From: Methanopyrus kandleri AV19
GTDB taxonomy: Archaea; JAADCQ01; Methanopyri; Methanopyrales; Methanopyraceae
Direction: 5' to 3'
Length of the DNA: 32,000 bases
Assembly: GCF_000007185.1 (NCBI RefSeq)
Contig: NC_003551.1
Coordinates: 450,001-482,000, forward strand
Made by a program: the position numbers and the translations under genes. Below, piece after piece: positions 22,701-30,455 of the stretch. Each line of letters starts with the position of its first letter. Positions within the stretch are counted from its first letter, which is position 1. The notes under the pieces were generated by a model. It did no database searches. It was not told the DNA's origin and saw only the letters and a program-made list of their open reading frames with translations.

Positions 22701-23638
22701 TTGCGACCCAAATCGACGGCGCGTCGGAACGCGCGCTCCAGCTCGTCGTGTCCCGCCTTTCCGGCGGCATAACGGAGTAGTGCGTCGGCGAGTTCCCTCA
22801 GGGCCTTCATGGCGTCGGTTGTGTCGGGCACTCCGAGGTTGCTCAGGAGCGTTTCAATGTCGCGTAACATGGCGCTCAGGTTGCGGGACAACGTTTCGAG
22901 TGCCTCGCCTTCTAAGGGTCGGTGCAGGGGCTCGGCGTACCCGTACAGGAGACCCGGAATGCCGTACTCCACGTAGAGACGAACTGGCTCGGGTAGCTGG
23001 TCGTACCACTTCAGGTATTCCGAGACGGGGATGGTCGCGAGATACGCGTGACGATCGTACATGGCGCGGAGATAGTCGCCGTGCCACCAACCCACGTTCA
23101 CACCGTACAGTTCGATCATCCGAGCCAGCTCCTGGGAAAGATTTCGTACTAGCGCGGCGGCCTCGTCCCAACGCCTTTCCCGCTCGAGTTGGACTATCTT
23201 CAGGAGCTGATCGTCCCAAGGCGTGCTCACGTTGTAACCGGCGGCCTTCAGGTTCGCCAGGATGTTGACGAGGGACCCGAAGACGTCCAATCCCGAGGCC
23301 CGGATCGATTCCCTACCCGGGGGCCAGTCGTAGTACACTAGCGCGATCACCTTCCTATCGTTCGGTTTCTCGGACAGTTCTTCCCATCGCTCGACTAGTT
23401 TCTGCACGATCTCGGAGTTCTGTCGGTACGGTTCCCCGCCCAAGTGGGTGGGTGGCGTCACTATCTCGCCGCGGGAGTCCGGCATGATCACCTCGCGGAA
23501 CAGCGCTCCGGTCGGATACCCCAAGAAGTCGGCCCAATAGACATCAGGCTTGACACCCGCATCGGGTGTGTGGAACTGGAGCTGCGACGATGCCGTTACC
23601 GGCATCGAGAGTGATAGGATTAGGAGTACCGTCGCCAC
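19706..23638 (-). CDS. Exported, membrane-anchored CobN/BchH-like protein
   Basis: 1310 aa. Signal-like MATVLLILSLSMPVTASS; CobN-like VVPGLKFGNIVLLPQPPRG, VDVIVHVGAHGTLEWLP, LPTGRMLCLLNPELIPSETAW; about 90-residue Ser/Thr/Gly/Pro-rich stalk; C-terminal ILRYLVMAAVVGTLVCWLVWMRR. Confidence 0.88.
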   Translation of the reverse strand: MATVLLILSLSMPVTASSQLQFHTPDAGVKPDVYWADFLGYPTGALFREVIMPDSRGEIVTPPTHLGGEPYRQNSEIVQKLVERWEELSEKPNDRKVIALVYYDWPPGRESIRASGLDVFGSLVNILANLKAAGYNVSTPWDDQLLKIVQLERERRWDEAAALVRNLSQELARMIELYGVNVGWWHGDYLRAMYDRHAYLATIPVSEYLKWYDQLPEPVRLYVEYGIPGLLYGYAEPLHRPLEGEALETLSRNLSAMLRDIETLLSNLGVPDTTDAMKALRELADALLRYAAGKAGHDELERAFRRAVDLGRKLEQRYHTGIFGWGPPPGDVMVVDNKFVVPGLKFGNIVLLPQPPRGLLWGMAAYHSLLLPPPHYYLAVYLWLKHHVDVIVHVGAHGTLEWLPLRRTFLSHLDFPTVLLGDVPHVYLWCPTSGELYNVKWRTSAVVLSYLPSAPSTAYDFYLNTLVKLLHSCFHVFEGNPEVEEKLKPVIMELLKRTRVYEWMGLTWEDVERMARTDFNRLVSELHSYLHMMQAHGESPTPVQLTRHLHVYGLVTSEEIREYVSALLFRKYLELVSKTYGGDLESILSPENIEKYGDKALELFDLVWKEWQSLIDHPSELRFRYPELYREMERIRDLVVTSAKLEIENLLRVLDGQSVPVGPPGDPTVDTSVLPTGRMLCLLNPELIPSETAWMLSDGITLKQRTLFVLSAADVLNDRGLSLAVLLRSSGVDRVGERYVLSGSPVYSPVLVCQGLEAIFAQTPAGRALLKAHVEAVLRAPKDLFAVANLLKTLSDECEDPELRESLASIRLDPGLLEKGLVVLRKFSASLGDVDVRPTFRPDSIWYAAWAVKFLYDVQVNGTPIEKAAIRAALGVYCPADYTLGVKAATERLKPEEWEILARSLSAKLENVLTPEGSESAPGLLRIDLLIVDAVLKPVTDRLWGVLAEDAIEFYGGLLAVARLIRAGLPDPLVLDEVSSLCIRQLAGELSREWHSLWMNKDWLLSLRTPGEANDFLERVSRLMAWMILLGPTIVKPTTMAERAIAGVLGQLFFELVQRLVFDREVVEHLEKLNPYVVESIAGRVFVLLDSDFGLQLLRRSYHYQVLCQLGKLEEAEKWARRFRETARRASLETFRRIVSKYGPCGCLAIVLNPVLRGIVEELAPAAELLVPNPFSAGVSPVISTVSNSSVGRSPAVSAARARGSTPKFTSSAAGTTATTTGVRGSPSNRPRRVEPVPGISLSGGSPARSVSVGSTGSAVSAKVLKRQGGSAGSPVPPILRYLVMAAVVGTLVCWLVWMRRASVPIKPTW

Positions 23639-23800
23639 CGTGATGCGGGGCGAGGTTCTCGAGCCCCCACTACCGCACTCACGTTCCGCGGTTGAGAACC
23701 CGACTTTAAGACTCTAGCGTGGTGTGCTCCGCCACGTCTGCCCATCTAGCCGAATTCTGTAAGAGTTTCGGGAAGGATTCCGGCAGTTTTAAGGAGAAAA

Positions 23801-23815
23801 GGTAATAATATTACC
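23801..23815. promoter_or_regulatory. Inverted repeat GGTAATA-A-TATTACC over a putative TATA region
   Basis: Perfect 7-bp arms around one central base, 30 bp upstream of the GTG start at 23846. Confidence 0.5.
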
Positions 23816-23845
23816 GCCTTAGGTAGCACGGGGGGTGACACTGTA

Positions 23846-25135
23846 GTGTCTAGGTTGTACTCTATAGTCGCCGTCGCCACAATGGTGTTGCTAACTGGCG
23901 CTGCTGCGGACCTTCAGGAGTACAAGGAGGCGTATTCCGCCGCCGCTAAGATAGAGGAATATGGGGAGAAGGTCAAGGAGTCCCTGAACATCATCGGCGG
24001 CTTCCAGCCACCGTGCGGTCTCAAGGTGATACCTACGGCATACCCGTACATGGCGTTCAAGGACGATAAGGACGCCATCAGTAAGGTGTTCCAGGGCACA
24101 GACGTAGCCGAATCCGGGTCGTGGACCGAGGTCGGCCCGGGAGACTTCAGGGCGCTGATCTACGGCATCCACGAGCTGGGTGAGAACTGGTTCGAGCGTG
24201 TGAAGGTAGTCGCCGATCTGGCGCAGAAGCCGGCGGATTACGCGCTGAAGGTTCACGAGGAAACCCATGCCTGGGAGGGAGCGGTCGAGAAAGTCGGAGA
24301 GACTTGGGAAGACTGGGAGAACCACAAGGGTGACGAGAACCTGAAGACAGCAATTGCGTCGCGCGTGCTGGCGGTCCTAGGTCTGGTCGTGTCGGAGAAC
24401 TGGCGAGCCATCTTCAACGAGGTGAACAAGGCGGCTCAGATCGCCGAAAACGTGGGTAGGGTGACGATACCGGCGGGCGTCTACGGTAACGACAGTCCGA
24501 TCGAGCTGGACTTCAGCAAGTGTGAGAGTCCGGAGGACGTGGTTAACGTGATCAAGGCGGCGTTCGGTGACCTGACGCCGGATCGCGTGATCGAGCTGAT
24601 CGACTCGGAGGCTAAGTACTTCGGGCTCGGTGACAAGTTCGTGGAGAACTACATGGAAGGAGGCCAGTACCAGCCGCACGAAGGCGGCTTCACGGTGGAC
24701 GAGATGAAGGACGTGATTGAGAAGTTCAAGAGCGGCAAGGACATATACGGACAGGAGCTGTCCGAGGAGGCCCTGGCGTTCGCGATCCTGTTCAACATCG
24801 AGGACGTCTGGGCGACCTACGAGGAGTACGTGCACCAGTACGGACACTTCTTCCCACCGGCCGAGAGCGACCTCAAGCTAGCGTGCGACAAGATCGAGGA
24901 GAACGCGAAGATCGTCGAGGACGTACTGAACAAGCTTAACGCGTGGGCGGACGTGGGGATTACTAAGGCAGAGTTCGAATCGAACCCGCTGGAGTGTGCA
25001 CCGGCGGTCAAGGACTGGGCCGTGGGCGAGCTGTTCGGCGTCGTGGAGAAGCTTGAAAAGAGGAAGATCCCGCTGAGCCCGGTGGTTGTATTGGCCGGGC
25101 TGCTGGCGGCGCTGGCGGTCCTCCGGCGCCGTTAA
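23846..25135 (+). CDS. Exported, anchored protein with HEETH motif
   Basis: 429 aa. Signal-like MSRLYSIVAVATMVLLTGAAADL; ALKVHEETHAWEGA; C-terminal anchor KRKIPLSPVVVLAGLLAALAVLRRR. GTG start. Confidence 0.85.
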   Translation: MSRLYSIVAVATMVLLTGAAADLQEYKEAYSAAAKIEEYGEKVKESLNIIGGFQPPCGLKVIPTAYPYMAFKDDKDAISKVFQGTDVAESGSWTEVGPGDFRALIYGIHELGENWFERVKVVADLAQKPADYALKVHEETHAWEGAVEKVGETWEDWENHKGDENLKTAIASRVLAVLGLVVSENWRAIFNEVNKAAQIAENVGRVTIPAGVYGNDSPIELDFSKCESPEDVVNVIKAAFGDLTPDRVIELIDSEAKYFGLGDKFVENYMEGGQYQPHEGGFTVDEMKDVIEKFKSGKDIYGQELSEEALAFAILFNIEDVWATYEEYVHQYGHFFPPAESDLKLACDKIEENAKIVEDVLNKLNAWADVGITKAEFESNPLECAPAVKDWAVGELFGVVEKLEKRKIPLSPVVVLAGLLAALAVLRRR

Positions 25136-25185
25136 CCCCGATGGTCTCTCCTTTTTCTATTCAGCCACGTCCTCCTACACCTATC

Positions 25186-26415
25186 ATGCTCATCAGGGGG
25201 TGTGGTAATACGAGCTTAACTCATGACAAAGTACTGACGTTCGTCGTCGCCACCCTTTGCTTGTTGGGCGCCGCTAAGGCGGACCTCGTGAGCGACGTCC
25301 AACAGCGTTGCGAGCAGGCCGTGGATTGGCTTCTAACCAACCAACAACCGGACGGCGGCTGGTTGTACGAAGGTTACGGTGACAAGTCCTCCGCCATGGA
25401 CACCGGAGTAGTCCTACTCGGGCTGTGCGAGGCGTACGATAGACTCCCCCAGGATCAGCAGTGTAAGGTGCGCGAAGCCGTGGATCGCGGTGTCGAGTAC
25501 ATCCTGAAGTGCTGGGACGGTGACAGGAAGATGTTCTGGGATTACCCGGACGGAGGAGGAAAAGAGGAGTACATGCCGATGTACACCGTTCACGCGCTGA
25601 TGGGTCTCATCGCCGTCGAGAAGAAGTTCCCTGACATCGCCGAGAAGCACGGTGTAAGTAAGTACATCGATGAAGCCCTGGAGAAACTTCTGAGTATGCA
25701 AAACGATGACGGATCGTGGAGCAACTTCGGTCCGGGTTCGTGGTCGAGCCCGGGACGGTGTACTGGACTCGTCGTATGGCTGGCGGAGTGGTCCGGTAGG
25801 TACGGACCCAGTGACGAGCGCATCGCGAAGGGTCTGAAGTACATCGAAAACCACTTGGAGAAGTCGCCGCTGGGCGGGCTGATCTCCAGTAACGGACCGA
25901 AAATAGACTTCACGGTCTGGGATATGCTGGCGTTCTACTTCTCTGGTGACGAGTATTACCGGAGTTTCGTACCGAAGCTGCAGGAGGGAGTGCTAGGGTT
26001 CCAGCATAAGGACGATGAGTTCGCGGGCGCGTTCGCAGCTCACACGTCGGTGTACGACAGTGAATACGGTCCGGAAGGAACCGCAGCTCCGTGTCCACAC
26101 AAGACGGCGCGAGTGTTGTTCGCGTTGATGCTGACGGGAGCCGACCCGAACGACGACCGAGTGAAGAAGGCCGTGGAGTTCCTGCTGAACACGAAGAGCC
26201 AGTCGGAAGGCGCGTGGTTCTGGCCGACGATGAACGACCCATCGAAACCAGACAATAATCCGATGAAGGCGTACTGTACGGGCTGGTGCCTAGCCGCACT
26301 GGGTGCGTGGCTGCAGAAGGTGCCTGCCAAGAAGCACGGGATACCAGTATCGCCGCTGATGGTAGCGCTGGCGTTCATTCCAGCTCGTCGAGCTTGGCAG
26401 GCAGGTACTCCTTGA
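25186..26415 (+). CDS. Exported squalene-cyclase/prenyltransferase-like alpha/alpha-toroid repeat protein
   Basis: Repeats CEQAVDWLLTNQQPDGGWLYEG, ALEKLLSMQNDDGSWSNFGPG, VKKAVEFLLNTKSQSEGAWFWPT; hydrophobic leader VLTFVVATLCLLGAAKA; C-terminal GIPVSPLMVALAFIPARRAW. ATG 25186 preferred over 25141. Confidence 0.8.
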   Translation: MLIRGCGNTSLTHDKVLTFVVATLCLLGAAKADLVSDVQQRCEQAVDWLLTNQQPDGGWLYEGYGDKSSAMDTGVVLLGLCEAYDRLPQDQQCKVREAVDRGVEYILKCWDGDRKMFWDYPDGGGKEEYMPMYTVHALMGLIAVEKKFPDIAEKHGVSKYIDEALEKLLSMQNDDGSWSNFGPGSWSSPGRCTGLVVWLAEWSGRYGPSDERIAKGLKYIENHLEKSPLGGLISSNGPKIDFTVWDMLAFYFSGDEYYRSFVPKLQEGVLGFQHKDDEFAGAFAAHTSVYDSEYGPEGTAAPCPHKTARVLFALMLTGADPNDDRVKKAVEFLLNTKSQSEGAWFWPTMNDPSKPDNNPMKAYCTGWCLAALGAWLQKVPAKKHGIPVSPLMVALAFIPARRAWQAGTP

Positions 26416-27415
26416 CGACGTAGTCCAGGGAATACTTCGCGAACGCCTGCTGCTCTGCCTTCTTCCCGAGTTTTTCCAATAAATCCAGTTCTTTCTTCCA
26501 GAACGGGTCGTAGTACCGCGGATCTCGGCGCAGCTCCTCTATTCTCTTGTAATCGGTCTTCTTCAGGGGTTCCGTGGGAAGGTCGTACTCGACGATATCG
26601 GTGGCCGTGACGCCGATGAATTTAGCGTCAGGACACGCGAGCTCCTCGTTGAGATGAGCGGCTTTGGCACTTCCACTCCTTATCACCATGTAAATGTGCC
26701 AGCCGTAGGGATCGCCGTCCGTGAACACGTACACGGGCAATCCCAGCTCCTCGTTCAGACGTCGGAGCAGTCGTCTGGTCGCCCGAGCGGCTTGACCCTT
26801 CAGTCCCACGATCAGCGCGTTCAGCTTCTCGTGGGCGCGCTCCTGAACGAGCCTACGGTACATACCCATAGTCTCAACGGCGATCACGCGTTCGGCGCCA
26901 CAATCCAGTATCTCAACGGCATCGACGTTGGGCGGGATGTTGTAGCCGCTGATCCCGGCTCGCTCGGCGTGGATCTCGACGCCGTCTTCCCGGACTAGCA
27001 GGTCGCCGTACACGGCGGCGCCGTCCTCTTCGGGCCATACACCGAACTCCTCACGCTTGAGACCTAGCGTCGCTTCCAAGTCCTCCACGATCGCGTCGCT
27101 CTCGCGCTGATCCTTGAAGTCGACTTCCCAACCTTCGCTGGTGTAGTAAATCTCCCTGAGGGTGGCGGAGCGGCCCTTCTCCACGAGCTCCTTGGCGAAG
27201 GCGGCGACACTTAGCATCTGAGCCAACTTCTTGGAGCCTTTCAGGGTGCGTGGACGGCGCTCGAGCTTATCGGGACCGAGCGTGAATATCTCACGCTCGG
27301 GGTCGTAACGGATGTTGGACGTCGTACGTTTCGGTATCCGGACTGGTTCGTCCTTCTCCACGCACTTCAGGACCTGTTTCGCGAACTCACGTAGGCGTTG
27401 TAGGGCTTCGGACAT
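26375..27415 (-). CDS. top6A: DNA topoisomerase VI subunit A (Spo11-like)
   Basis: SATLREIYYTSEGW (catalytic Tyr region) and Toprim motif PVYVFTDGDPYGWHIYMVIRSGSAKAAHLNEELACPDAKFIGVT. Confidence 0.95.
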   Translation of the reverse strand: MSEALQRLREFAKQVLKCVEKDEPVRIPKRTTSNIRYDPEREIFTLGPDKLERRPRTLKGSKKLAQMLSVAAFAKELVEKGRSATLREIYYTSEGWEVDFKDQRESDAIVEDLEATLGLKREEFGVWPEEDGAAVYGDLLVREDGVEIHAERAGISGYNIPPNVDAVEILDCGAERVIAVETMGMYRRLVQERAHEKLNALIVGLKGQAARATRRLLRRLNEELGLPVYVFTDGDPYGWHIYMVIRSGSAKAAHLNEELACPDAKFIGVTATDIVEYDLPTEPLKKTDYKRIEELRRDPRYYDPFWKKELDLLEKLGKKAEQQAFAKYSLDYVVKEYLPAKLDELE

Positions 27416-27451
27416 CCTGTAGTTCCCTCGGGTGCTCTGAGAGGCGAGGTG

Positions 27452-28060
27452 TTAGAGGATGTCGGGGGGCTCCGAGTCCTTCCACAGGCGCAGCTTCTCG
27501 CGCTTCATCTTACGACGCTGGTCCTCGAGGAACCGGTACACGCGTCCGTGCGGGGCACCCGAGGCGAGCATTTCGATCGCCTTCCTCGCGATCTGAAGCT
27601 GTCTGGGCGTTCCGATAAGGGCCACCGTCTTGCCACGGATGGACACGTCGGCACCGCTGAGCTCCTCGATAAGCTGCCGCGTGCGCCCCTCTCGACCGAT
27701 GATCCTGGCCCTCTGCCGCTCCAACGCCTTCGGGTTGCGGCCGACGAGCTCGTACAGATCGATCACTTCGAGACTCGCGTCTTCCTCCCTCAGGAGTCGG
27801 AACGCACGCTCCGGGGAGAACCCTCGACCTATGGCCAACACACATTCTTTGGCTTTGATGAGATCGAGCGGATCCTTGACACGCTCGGTGGGACGGATCT
27901 CGACCTCGCCCGTCTTGCTATCTATGCGCAGTTCCACTCCCGTCTTTTCTTCGATGTAACGCTTGGTCTCGCCATCCTTGCCTATCAACACTCCGATACG
28001 ATCTTTGGGGATTTTCACGCGCTCGGCGCTCTCGTAGAATTCATCGGCCAGCTCCGCCAA
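27452..28060 (-). CDS. KH-domain RNA-binding protein, Dim2/Pno1-like
   Basis: VKIPKDRIGVLIGKDGETKRYIEEKTGVELRIDSKTGEV and RIIGREGRTRQLIEELSGADVSIRGKTVALIG; next to RIO1 and aIF1A. Confidence 0.93.
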   Translation of the reverse strand: MAELADEFYESAERVKIPKDRIGVLIGKDGETKRYIEEKTGVELRIDSKTGEVEIRPTERVKDPLDLIKAKECVLAIGRGFSPERAFRLLREEDASLEVIDLYELVGRNPKALERQRARIIGREGRTRQLIEELSGADVSIRGKTVALIGTPRQLQIARKAIEMLASGAPHGRVYRFLEDQRRKMKREKLRLWKDSEPPDIL

Positions 28061-28064
28061 GTGC

Positions 28065-28850
28065 TCACCCCCGGACGTACTCGAGGGCCTCCTCTAACGT
28101 GGGGGTGTCGACACTTAAGCGCTCGAAGAATCGGATGAGGTTTCGCAAGTCACGTATCAACAGCTCTTCGGCGATGGGGTGATCCAGCACGACCCCTTGG
28201 GAGAAGTCTATGATCCTGTAGTCGCCCTTGCCCCCGTAGAGGATGTTGTACTCGCTGAGGTCGCCGTGGACTATCTCGGCTTTGCGATACATCCTGCGGT
28301 AGTCATCGAGGATATTCGAGAGAACGTCCTCCGCGTACTCTTCCTCCGGGGGATTATCTTTCATCAGCGGGTACGGGTTCCCTTCATCGTCTCCGATGAA
28401 CTCCATAATCAGCACGTTGTTCATGTGAGCGATCGGCTCGGGACACCTGACGCCTGCCTCGTAGGCGCGGGTCAGGTTCTTGAACTCCTTCTCGGTCCAG
28501 GCGTAGACGATACGGTGTCGCTTGCGCCCGATGTTCTTGAACCTGGGATCGCCTCGGATGTACCTCCACATCCGGCGGAAGTCGCTGGTGGCGGCGCGGT
28601 AAATCTTGACGGCGACTAGCTCGTCGCCACGGACTCCCCTGGCGACGTTGGCCTCTTTCCCTGTCTTCACGAACCCCATGAGCCCGTCGATGTATCCACG
28701 CCTGGACAGCTCGTACAGGGTCATCAGGGTGTACTGGTCGAAGACTTCCTCCTCTACCTTCAGATCTTCCAGGGTTTTCTCCAGTCTTTTGACCTTTCCT
28801 GGTTTCGGCTCCAGTTCCTCGATCGCGGAGAAGTATTTATCTTCAGACAA
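28065..28850 (-). CDS. RIO1-family atypical serine protein kinase
   Basis: VAVKIYRAATSDFRRMWRYIRGD, VLIMEFIGDDEGNPYPLM, VHGDLSEYNILYGGKGDYRIIDFSQGVVLDHP. Confidence 0.95.
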   Translation of the reverse strand: MSEDKYFSAIEELEPKPGKVKRLEKTLEDLKVEEEVFDQYTLMTLYELSRRGYIDGLMGFVKTGKEANVARGVRGDELVAVKIYRAATSDFRRMWRYIRGDPRFKNIGRKRHRIVYAWTEKEFKNLTRAYEAGVRCPEPIAHMNNVLIMEFIGDDEGNPYPLMKDNPPEEEYAEDVLSNILDDYRRMYRKAEIVHGDLSEYNILYGGKGDYRIIDFSQGVVLDHPIAEELLIRDLRNLIRFFERLSVDTPTLEEALEYVRG

Positions 28851-28852
28851 AG

Positions 28853-29197
28853 TCAGGCGCCCGGTATGATCTCCTCAAGGAGCTTGGTCACACGTTCGTC
28901 CAATTTACCCTTGCGCTTCAGCCAGTCGACCTGTACCCTAGTATACCTCCACGTAACGTCGGCGCGTTCAGGTTGGAATTCCCAGGGTTTCACGAGGACA
29001 ACGTCTCCTTCCCTGATCCAGACACGCTTACGCATCTTTCCGGGTATCCTCGCTACTCTAGTCTTTCCGTCGACACACCTCACCTGCACGCGGTCGTTAC
29101 CCAACATTTTCTCCACAACTCCGAATATTTCGCCTTCCTTTGGAAGTCTGATCTTCTTCAGGGTCTCGTCGTCGATGCGCTTACCCATCGGCGTCAC
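28853..29197 (-). CDS. eif1A: Archaeal translation initiation factor 1A
   Basis: [55 protein letters not shown]. Confidence 0.95.
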   Translation of the reverse strand: MTPMGKRIDDETLKKIRLPKEGEIFGVVEKMLGNDRVQVRCVDGKTRVARIPGKMRKRVWIREGDVVLVKPWEFQPERADVTWRYTRVQVDWLKRKGKLDERVTKLLEEIIPGA

Positions 29198-29444
29198 CCC
29201 CGTCTTTTGCCGGTCTCACGAGCTTAAGTACTTCCTCGGAAACGCGGACACACGCCAGTAGCGCGTCGATACCGGACAGCGCCTTCACGGGACTCCGCGC
29301 CTCGAACGTCACTTTGACGCGGTCCCCTCGCATACCGATCTCGTGGCGGAAACCTTTGGGTCCACCCTCCCACAGAACTCCGGAGGCTACTTCAGCGGGC
29401 AGTTTGAGGACGAGCTCGCCTCTGAGTCGCGAGTCGCCATCAAC
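29181..29444 (-). CDS. Pcc1-like (KEOPS subunit) reading frame without an evident canonical start; absent from the ORF track
   Basis: Manual translation: [87 protein letters not shown]. 29444 is a provisional boundary (GTT), not an asserted start. Confidence 0.6.
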   Translation of the reverse strand, partial: VDGDSRLRGELVLKLPAEVASGVLWEGGPKGFRHEIGMRGDRVKVTFEARSPVKALSGIDALLACVRVSEEVLKLVRPAKDGGDADG

Positions 29445-29448
29445 CCCT

Positions 29449-30423
29449 TCATGATGGTGCGCTCACGGCTTTCCTTACGGGTTTCAGGATCTCGGAGAGG
29501 TACCCCGCGGCGTTCTCTTTCAGGTCGAGCGGATGGAGCTCGCCGTCGACGAAGTCCCGCTCCAGCTCTTCGTAACTGGTGTAGGTGACATCGCCACCGT
29601 ATTTCTCCGGACGTTCGATCGTGACCTCATCGTACTCCCGGAATATGAAGTACCGATAGATCTCGAGGATCGGGTTACCTTCGGCTTCGCGGGCCGGACA
29701 GTACGCCTTTCGAAGCTTTTCCCGGATGACCTCCGGCTCGTCGTCGACGGCGATGAAGTTGTTCTTGCTGGAAGACATCTTCTCGTCTCCGTCGAGCCCG
29801 TGGATGATCGGGGTGTGTAAGCACGTCGGCGAGTCGTAACCTAGCTTGGGGAGCACGTCCCGGGCCAACATGTGGATTTTGCGCTGTTCGAGCCCACCGA
29901 CCGCTAGATCGACGTTTAGGTGCACGATGTCCAGTGCCTGCATAAGAGGGTAGACAACCTGGGATACCGGAGGGTTTTCCTCGCTCCTAGCGATCATATC
30001 CATGCTGCGTCGGGCTCGGCGCATGGTAGTATGACGAGCCATCCGGTACACGTCCAGCGCGTAGTCTTCGTCCAGCTGAAACTCCGACCCGAGGACGAAC
30101 TCGGTCTTGTTCGGGTCTAAACCCATCGCCAGGAAGCATCGGCGGTTGTAATCCGCCAGCTCACGTACTTCCTCTAACGTACCTTTCTCGTTGAGATACG
30201 CGTGGAGATCCGCGAGGAGTATGATCACGTGGAAGCCGGCCTCTTGGAGGTCGATCATCTTGTCGATGACCAACTTGTGGCCGAGGTGAACTTTACCCGA
30301 AGGCTCGAACCCGACGTACGCTACGGGTTCTTCTTTTTCCTCGAGAAGTTGTCGGAGCTCCTCCTCGGTTACGACCTCGACGGCGTTTCGGGTTACGAGT
30401 TTCAACCTCTCCTCGACGTCCAC
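29449..30423 (-). CDS. tyrS: Tyrosyl-tRNA synthetase
   Basis: AYVGFEPSGKVHLGHKLVIDKMIDLQEAG (HIGH-like HLGH), GLEQRKIHMLARDVLP, GLDGDEKMSSSKNNF (KMSKS). Confidence 0.95.
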   Translation of the reverse strand: MDVEERLKLVTRNAVEVVTEEELRQLLEEKEEPVAYVGFEPSGKVHLGHKLVIDKMIDLQEAGFHVIILLADLHAYLNEKGTLEEVRELADYNRRCFLAMGLDPNKTEFVLGSEFQLDEDYALDVYRMARHTTMRRARRSMDMIARSEENPPVSQVVYPLMQALDIVHLNVDLAVGGLEQRKIHMLARDVLPKLGYDSPTCLHTPIIHGLDGDEKMSSSKNNFIAVDDEPEVIREKLRKAYCPAREAEGNPILEIYRYFIFREYDEVTIERPEKYGGDVTYTSYEELERDFVDGELHPLDLKENAAGYLSEILKPVRKAVSAPS

Positions 30424-30455
30424 GGACGAGACCCCCTGGCGGCGTCCTGCGTCCG

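Noticed and set aside
22534-23268. 244-aa plus-strand ORF antisense to the CobN-like gene
   Set aside because: Arg/Pro/Ser-rich shadow frame of a GC-rich coding strand, with no domain-like pattern. The minus strand has recognisable CobN motifs.
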